This document shows positions 9,034-14,769 of a stretch of 14,769 nucleotides of DNA, in pieces (positions within the stretch are counted from its first letter, which is position 1; the number at the start of each line of letters is the position of its first letter). Below the pieces are notes generated by a model. The model did no database searches. It saw only the letters and a list, made by a program, of their open reading frames with translations, and was not told where the DNA came from. This DNA comes from Candidatus Heimdallarchaeota archaeon (lineage in GTDB: Archaea > Asgardarchaeota > Heimdallarchaeia > Heimdallarchaeales > Heimdallarchaeaceae): the NCBI GenBank assembly GCA_016840095.1, contig JAEOSZ010000097.1:1-14769 (forward strand), in the 5' to 3' direction. The position numbers were made by a program, and so were the translations under genes.

Positions 9034-11181
9034 CTATATCTCATAATGGAATAAATAATTGTTTTCATCAACATCTGTTAGTATTGGTGCCTTAAATTCT
9101 ATCAATTCTTCAAATACAAATGGAGCATAAACTAAATATCTAGGATTCGTACTTATCCAAAGATACAAAGAAGTTCCAACATCATCTAGTACCTCAATTA
9201 GGGTTTCATTTGAAGGATCTGAAATAAAGATTAATGTTAAATTAACAGCCTGGTAGGTTTCATCAATTTCTTTTGGATATTGATTTATGGATAAAACACT
9301 TGAGTTTGTACTTGCTAATAAAATAAACCATTGAGTTTGATGAAAAGCAACAGCTATAGTACTATTCTCATCGATAATTGAGTCAATTTGACCTATAAAC
9401 TGCATTTCATGATCTAAGATGACAGAGGGTAAACTAATTCCAATTCCAATAGTAGAGACAACTTGAACAATAATCAAAACAACAACTAGTGTTTCGTAGA
9501 TTAGAGGTTTCTTTGAATCGTTTATCTTATTTCGAATCTTTCTTAAGAAGTTTCTAATTTCTTTCCCCCTATTTCTGAATAGCTTTGCTCTCTTACTTAA
9601 ATTTCCAGATATTCTACCAACAATAGATATATTTGGTACTAACAATAGAACTAGCCAAATTCCAATTCTTGATAGTCTACTTATTTGGTTGATTTCTCTA
9701 TATATTTCATAGATTTGTAGATTTGCAATATATGTAATAGGAATTTGAATTAGCAGTATCAAACTAATTATTGCATAGGTTACAACCAAATTTACGAAAT
9801 ATCCTTTAAATGATTTAATTTTCTTTAACTTAAATATCGAAATGATTGATAAAGGGATTAGAAGGAATAGATATATTCTACCAAGAGGAAATGCAATGTA
9901 TTCTTCTGTCATACTTGTTCCAGGATCAATAATAAATGAACCTCCTCCTAAAACCTGGAGAACCTTAATTATGTTCAAAATAACAAAAAGAAATGAGATT
10001 AGTATAAGAAATCCATTTTCAAATAGAGAAGTTTCTTTCTGACAATTATTATTGCTATAGTACAATAGGAGATGTACAACAAAGAAACCTCCCCAGAGGT
10101 AATAAAAAGAGAACTGGTAACCAGGATATGCATCACCCCTTTCATTTATAAAAATCAGAGATAATAGTAAATGAAGAACAATCATTGAAATTGTAAAATA
10201 ATTTAGAAACTTCGAATAGTCCAATTTGCGGTTTAACTTTAGAATTAATAGAAGGTAAAACACTCCAACAAAAATTAGTATTATTATTAGTGAGAAAATT
10301 GAAACAATCAAGAATGGATTTAAATGATTAATCATAATTCCTATTGAACCTAATATCCTTGAAATTCCAACATATAGGCTAAAAGAGAAAGGTGAGAGCA
10401 TAGAAAGTTGAGATGAACCATTTTGAAATGCGAAAAATGCAAATAAATCTCCCAAAATTATTGATGAATAGAAAATTCCTGAATAAATCAGCACAAAGAT
10501 GAATAATTTTTGTTTAGATATCTCTTCACTCTTCTTTAATAGAAAAACTATAGGCAAAAATAGTAGAGATAATGTAGATAGCAAACTAAGAACTGAAGAG
10601 AGATTTGATAGTAATAGTAAAACAGCAAGACAAATAAAGCTAGGAATATAAGATACCAAAGATCTAGAACCAAATTTTAAGAAAATCTGAAATATGAAAA
10701 TTAAGCTCAATAGGAAGAATAGCATTAGTAAATATTGTTTATAGAGAACAGTCAGTTCTAAGAATAGTGGGGAAAAAAGATAGAAGACAACTAGTAAAGA
10801 AAAAACATTTCTGAATTTGAACCTACTCTCATATTTCGAAATCTGTTTTGAAAAAACAAATAATGAAATTATTGTGAAAATTGAAATTATGAAAATCAGT
10901 ACTTTAAGACTCAAAATTGAATCTTTTACAAAGAAGTTATCTAGAATGAAAACAAAAGTGTATAATATAGAATTTCTAATAGGAAATGATTGACTAAAAG
11001 GTGTTTGCATGGAATTATAAACTGAATTTAGATAAACAGGAAAGTCCCACCCCTTTATTGCTAAAATCGAAAAATAGTAGTAAAATATAACACTCAAAAT
11101 CAGTATGAGAGTAACCTGTAGAATTCCCTTCCATGATTTCTGCAAATAAGCCTTAAAATCAATAAGATTTATTCTAGACAC
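9034..11181 (-). CDS. Polytopic membrane protein, putative GT-C fold glycosyltransferase with extracellular C-terminal domain (paralog A)
   Basis: 715 aa, GTG start with GAGGT SD (11193-11189). Shares KGWDFPVYLN, NERGxxYPGYQFS, AFPxxRI, HQTQWFIL and WISTNPRY with paralog B. The CDS is certain, the function is inferred. Confidence 0.65.
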   Translation of the reverse strand: MSRINLIDFKAYLQKSWKGILQVTLILILSVIFYYYFSILAIKGWDFPVYLNSVYNSMQTPFSQSFPIRNSILYTFVFILDNFFVKDSILSLKVLIFIISIFTIISLFVFSKQISKYESRFKFRNVFSLLVVFYLFSPLFLELTVLYKQYLLMLFFLLSLIFIFQIFLKFGSRSLVSYIPSFICLAVLLLLSNLSSVLSLLSTLSLLFLPIVFLLKKSEEISKQKLFIFVLIYSGIFYSSIILGDLFAFFAFQNGSSQLSMLSPFSFSLYVGISRILGSIGIMINHLNPFLIVSIFSLIIILIFVGVFYLLLILKLNRKLDYSKFLNYFTISMIVLHLLLSLIFINERGDAYPGYQFSFYYLWGGFFVVHLLLYYSNNNCQKETSLFENGFLILISFLFVILNIIKVLQVLGGGSFIIDPGTSMTEEYIAFPLGRIYLFLLIPLSIISIFKLKKIKSFKGYFVNLVVTYAIISLILLIQIPITYIANLQIYEIYREINQISRLSRIGIWLVLLLVPNISIVGRISGNLSKRAKLFRNRGKEIRNFLRKIRNKINDSKKPLIYETLVVVLIIVQVVSTIGIGISLPSVILDHEMQFIGQIDSIIDENSTIAVAFHQTQWFILLASTNSSVLSINQYPKEIDETYQAVNLTLIFISDPSNETLIEVLDDVGTSLYLWISTNPRYLVYAPFVFEELIEFKAPILTDVDENNYLFHYEI

Positions 11182-11201
11182 AAAACTAACCTCTTTTTCT
11201 G

Positions 11202-11218
11202 ATTAAAAAAGCTTGTTG
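11202..11218 (-). promoter_or_regulatory. Putative TATA-like element or T-tract (CAACAAGC-TTTTTTAAT) upstream of paralog A
   Basis: It could be a promoter for paralog A or a terminator for the GT2 gene. The upstream part ACAACAAGCTTT resembles ACAACAAACTTT of the GT87 promoter. Confidence 0.35.
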
Positions 11219-11254
11219 TTTCAAATACATAGTTGACTCATCTTTGAGTTATCA

Positions 11255-11983
11255 TTATTTCCTTCTGAACAATGTTATTATTCTTCTTTTTAAGAGATAT
11301 CTTAAAATTCTAAATCCATCTTTCCAAGGATTTAACGCTGGAACACTTCCATCTATTCTTTTAGTATATATTCCTGGTATTTCATGAAATTTATTGCTTT
11401 TCTTCCAAGCTTCTATCTTGATTTCAGTTGAAAACTCCATACCTTTGCAGTTCAAATCAAATTTATCTAAAAGACTCGATTTAAAAATCCACATTCCAGA
11501 TTGACTATCTTTGAATTTAGTTCTGAAAAGCACATTTGTCATTTTAGTTAGAAACTTGTTTCCAAACAGATTTTTCTTTGAAAAAGCTTCTTCTTCATAT
11601 CTAGATAGGCGTTCAACTGAAATGAAATCAATACCATCTGAAGTGATCTTATCTATATACTCAGGTAACATATCTATTGGGTAGGTACCATCTGCATCAA
11701 ATGTAGCAATAATACCTTCTTTTATACTCGAAAAACCTGTTTGATAAGCTTGTCCATATCCTCTGCGTCTTTCTTCTCGAACATACATATTGATATATTC
11801 TGATTCATTATTTTCGATTGTTAGTTTCTCTCCATCTTCTCTAGGAGTGTAAACAACTTGGATATTTATTCCATTAAATCTTGATTTCAATTCTTTAAAT
11901 GGAATTTGTTGTAAAACTTCTTTGATTGGTTCGTTTTTTCCATATACTGGAATTACAATATTCAGTTGTTGTTTATCTACCAT
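11255..11983 (-). CDS. GT2 family glycosyltransferase, dolichol/polyprenol-phosphate glycosyltransferase (DPM1-like)
   Basis: 242 aa, soluble. IVIPVY, RRGYGQAYQTGF, DxD motif FDADGTYP, GNKFLT, DSQSGMW, GMEFSTEIKI and LNPWKDGFRIL. SD GAGGGAT upstream. Confidence 0.88.
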   Translation of the reverse strand: MVDKQQLNIVIPVYGKNEPIKEVLQQIPFKELKSRFNGINIQVVYTPREDGEKLTIENNESEYINMYVREERRRGYGQAYQTGFSSIKEGIIATFDADGTYPIDMLPEYIDKITSDGIDFISVERLSRYEEEAFSKKNLFGNKFLTKMTNVLFRTKFKDSQSGMWIFKSSLLDKFDLNCKGMEFSTEIKIEAWKKSNKFHEIPGIYTKRIDGSVPALNPWKDGFRILRYLLKRRIITLFRRK

Positions 11984-12031
11984 TTAATCCCTCATATTTT
12001 GGAATATTCGGTTATTGAATCAATTTGAAAC

Positions 12032-12047
12032 TATTTAAAATTTTAGC
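12032..12047 (-). promoter_or_regulatory. Putative BRE-TATA promoter of the GT2 gene
   Basis: Minus strand GCTAAAA-TTTTAAATA, about 48 nt upstream of ATG 11983, preceded by a T7 tract (12051-12057). Confidence 0.55.
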
Positions 12048-12090
12048 TCTAAAAAAATGAAGTTCGTACTATTTTGGAATTAACTGAAAA

Positions 12091-13350
12091 TTAGATCGTT
12101 TCAGATTTTTGGAAAAGAGAAAGCATTCTATTTTCAAAAATAACCATTAGAAATAGTAGTAGCATTGATAGATAAAGTAAAACTACAGTTATCCATGAAA
12201 TAGTGTACCAGAAGAAATAACCTCCTTCAAATGTAAGAATATAATTTGTTGCTACTCCGCCCACCATCGAAAATAGCAAAGTGAACAAGCTGACTAGTCT
12301 CATATTTTTCTTAAAGAGAGTAATGAACACAAAGGGGTACATCATCACGAAATAGGAAAACTGTATTTTTGGAAAGAACATCAAAAATGGTATAATTATA
12401 ATGTAAGTTTTCTCAAATTTCCACTTCTTCTCAAGAATAAGTAAAAGGCTAGCTGAACCTACAAACACAATTGCTAGAATTAGGAAAATCAAAGATAAAT
12501 TCACAGTTTCATTGTTAATAAGAAATTTATCGAAAAGTGTAGCTATTCCTTGATTATTGTCACGATCTAATGGATGATTAAACTGTGCAAGAAAGCCAAC
12601 AGGATCTACGAAATAGAAGGGTAAAAATACAGCTGTAACCCCAACCAAAATGAGAAACACATTCAGAAATCCTTTGACGATATCCTTTCGATATATCAAA
12701 ATCAAAGGAATCAGCAGGATTGGAAAATACTTAAGTCCAGCTCCTATTACAATACAAATCGAAGCAAAGAGGAATTTCTTTCTTTCTAGAAGATATATAG
12801 GTAATAGAATCAGAAGAGGAACTATGCACTCGTCTGATCCCCAGAAAGAAACTAGATAAAGGAAGTATGGGTTTACAGCATACCCAAGAGAAATCCAGAA
12901 GGAGTGTTTTGTGTTTCTAGATTCTAACAACTTATACAATATCAGAGCTGAAATAATCAAACAGCATGAGAAAAAGATTCTAAAAACATATGATGAAAAC
13001 ATCATACTTGTACTAGTCATATAGGTAGTATCTGTAACATAATCAAGTGAATAATTTCCTGTTAATATAATAGAAATTAAAACTATTGGGGCCCACAAAT
13101 ATGGGCTTAAAGGAGCTGCTCGAGTTGGAAAATCTCTATAAGGTAAATCACCTTTGAGAATTCCTACTCCTCGATTATAGAAAACTACTTGATCAGAGAT
13201 TATTAAATCGAAATTGGAATCAAAGAAATGTAAGAAAAGTCCATGAAAAGCAATTGTAATAGAGTAGATAATTACTGCGATAATCACAAGTTTTATGAGA
13301 TTATTTTTTTCTTCTTTCCTCAACTCTATATCTACTTCAATTTCATCCAA
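12091..13350 (-). CDS. GT-C membrane glycosyltransferase, GT87 (DUF2029)/PIG-M-like, lipid-phosphate-sugar dependent
   Basis: 419 aa, TTG start with GGAG SD, about 11 TM segments. First-loop SDQVVFY..G..ILKGDLPYRDF, YAVNPYFLYLVSFWGSDE and GAGLKYFPILLIP match the GT87/GT50 pattern (D..Y..G..PY; NP; KxxP). Confidence 0.8.
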   Translation of the reverse strand: MDEIEVDIELRKEEKNNLIKLVIIAVIIYSITIAFHGLFLHFFDSNFDLIISDQVVFYNRGVGILKGDLPYRDFPTRAAPLSPYLWAPIVLISIILTGNYSLDYVTDTTYMTSTSMMFSSYVFRIFFSCCLIISALILYKLLESRNTKHSFWISLGYAVNPYFLYLVSFWGSDECIVPLLILLPIYLLERKKFLFASICIVIGAGLKYFPILLIPLILIYRKDIVKGFLNVFLILVGVTAVFLPFYFVDPVGFLAQFNHPLDRDNNQGIATLFDKFLINNETVNLSLIFLILAIVFVGSASLLLILEKKWKFEKTYIIIIPFLMFFPKIQFSYFVMMYPFVFITLFKKNMRLVSLFTLLFSMVGGVATNYILTFEGGYFFWYTISWITVVLLYLSMLLLFLMVIFENRMLSLFQKSETI

Positions 13351-13398
13351 GGTTAAACTTCTCCGATTAATCTACATATTTCAGAAATCATAATATTT

Positions 13399-13412
13399 TC
13401 TATAAAGTTTGT
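13399..13412 (-). promoter_or_regulatory. Putative BRE-TATA promoter of the GT87-like gene
   Basis: Minus strand ACAAAC-TTTATAGA, about 50 nt upstream of TTG 13350. Confidence 0.55.
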
Positions 13413-13437
13413 TGTAAACTTGAGTGTTCTTTAACTT

Positions 13438-14574
13438 CTAGAAGTCAGTATAGCCATATATTTTTGCAGTATCTTTTGTTGTTTTCTTTATCACTTCAAG
13501 TTCTTCATCATTAAAGACTGGTTTGTAATATCTTGGTTGTTGAAGCTTTTCTACATACTCATGTCTAATTTCTTCAAATTTTTCAGCTGTTAGTTCTAGA
13601 AATTTCAATAATTCGTCAATAGTTTCTTCAGACTTATCTGTTAAATCCTCGTATCTAACTATGAGGGTGTTTTCAGCTATGTGTTTATTCAGTTTTAGAA
13701 ATTCAGCTATATAAGAATAGATCATATTCCATTGCAAAGCCCAACCCTGAACATAAGTTTCTTCATTCTCCCAGAGTTTCCTTATCTTTTCAATTGTTTC
13801 TGTGGAATCAACGTTGACACATATTTTTGCTGAACCATACTCCCTATGTCCTATGATCTTAATCCAGTGATTCAGGTGTTTATTTAGTATTTCAAGTTCA
13901 GTTAAGATTGCATCTTGTTTTACCATTGAAGCAATGTGATTTATTGGATGTCGAACCATCATGATTATCTTCAGATTAGGATATAATTTATGAAGATATG
14001 CTAGTCTTGAAACATTGTAATTATTCTTAGCAATATATCTAATACTCTTCTGATTATACATCAATTTGCGAAGAATCAAATCATAAGTTCTTTCGAATTC
14101 AGAATTTGAAGTATTTTCATCAAATATATTAGACATTCTGTCATTGTGTATAGTATCAAAGAATCTCATCCAAATTGGTTCCTCTACTGCCTCTGGACTA
14201 TCTCTATTCACCATTAAGGTATCCTTATGTACTCTTTCAACAGATTTCTTGAAGATAGGAATAACGATGGATAGTCTTTGAATCCAATGAGGAATGAAAG
14301 GATTTACTGCATGCATATATTTGTGATATGCTACATCAGGATGCTTACCAATCATTTCCACTGTAACAGTAGAACCTGCTCTTGCTAGACCAGTTACATA
14401 GATCGGTCGATCAACTTCCAGATTCTTGATTTTTCTTCTCAAACATCTTGCTTCTAGATTACTTAATTTAAGATTGAATTTTGGATGGTTATGAAAGAAT
14501 CGAGCAATAAAGTACATAGATCTTGGGAACTTAAATTTTTGAGGTCTTTCAATAAAGAATCTGGAATTGGACAT
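13438..14574 (-). CDS. Sulfotransferase family protein (PAPS-dependent)
   Basis: 378 aa. 5'-PSB RPIYVTGLARAGST, YIAKN, LYPNLKII, canonical 3'-PB R-x7-S (RHPINHIAS) and VRYEDL...LLKFLEL. Confidence 0.9.
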   Translation of the reverse strand: MSNSRFFIERPQKFKFPRSMYFIARFFHNHPKFNLKLSNLEARCLRRKIKNLEVDRPIYVTGLARAGSTVTVEMIGKHPDVAYHKYMHAVNPFIPHWIQRLSIVIPIFKKSVERVHKDTLMVNRDSPEAVEEPIWMRFFDTIHNDRMSNIFDENTSNSEFERTYDLILRKLMYNQKSIRYIAKNNYNVSRLAYLHKLYPNLKIIMMVRHPINHIASMVKQDAILTELEILNKHLNHWIKIIGHREYGSAKICVNVDSTETIEKIRKLWENEETYVQGWALQWNMIYSYIAEFLKLNKHIAENTLIVRYEDLTDKSEETIDELLKFLELTAEKFEEIRHEYVEKLQQPRYYKPVFNDEELEVIKKTTKDTAKIYGYTDF

Positions 14575-14677
14575 TCTATCTTCACTTCTATCTGCAACTA
14601 TTAGTTGAAAAAACTTACTCTATAGCCTAATTCATAACCAAAGATTGAAAAATTAGATTTAACTATTTATCAAAGAA

Positions 14678-14769
14678 ATGAAAAAACGTACTAAATGGAT
14701 ATTTATAGGGATTGGAATCTTCTTTGGAGTCATAATAATAAGTGGAGGAAGTTTCTTCTTGTGGTTGAA
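14678..14769 (+). CDS. 5' end of a divergent gene encoding a protein with a signal peptide or N-terminal membrane anchor (partial)
   Basis: Not in the ORF track. ATG 14678 gives MKKRTKWIFIGIGIFFGVIIISGGSFFLWL, open to the edge: basic n-region followed by a hydrophobic helix. Confidence 0.7.
   Translation, partial: MKKRTKWIFIGIGIFFGVIIISGGSFFLWL

Noticed and set aside
6859-11181. Calling the paralogs aglB/STT3, or Wzy polymerase / O-antigen ligase
   Set aside because: No WWDYG or DK/MI motif is recognisable. Size and the C-terminal soluble domain do not fit a typical Wzy/WaaL, although a polymerase role cannot be excluded.
11236-11249. Hairpin ACTCA-TCTT-TGAGT after the GT2 stop
   Set aside because: Only 5-6 bp with no adjacent U-tract; expected by chance.
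8156-12859. Plus-strand ORFs 8156-8419, 9842-10042 and 12650-12859
   Set aside because: Antisense to long membrane-protein genes, not conserved between the two paralogs, no motifs.
1-14769. CRISPR arrays, tRNA/rRNA, IS elements, frameshift or read-through recoding
   Set aside because: Intergenic gaps are all under 120 nt, no periodic repeats or transposase ORFs were seen, and all genes appear full length under the standard code.

Overview
AT-rich window with archaeal-style signals: BRE/TATA-like boxes about 20-50 nt upstream of starts, an AGGTGAT ribosome-binding site and oligo-T tracts after stops. It holds a co-oriented (minus-strand) cell-surface glycan biosynthesis locus of 11 genes. In transcription order these are: sulfotransferase, GT87/PIG-M-like GT-C membrane glycosyltransferase, dolichol/polyprenol-phosphate glycosyltransferase (GT2, DPM1-like), two tandem paralogous ~700-aa polytopic membrane proteins with GT-C / STT3-AglB-like architecture but no WWDYG motif, Wzx-like flippase, a second motif-divergent sulfotransferase, two NAD-dependent epimerase/dehydratases, a GT4 glycosyltransferase and a UDP-GlcNAc 2-epimerase (wecB, cut by the window edge and absent from the ORF track). 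A divergent membrane or secreted protein gene begins at the right edge. The most notable hypothesis is a lipid-phosphate-sugar-dependent (GT-C) pathway making a sulfated surface glycan or glycolipid, with two uncharacterised OST-like paralogs. No RNA genes, CRISPR arrays or transposases were seen. All family calls come from motif recognition by eye; no searches were run.
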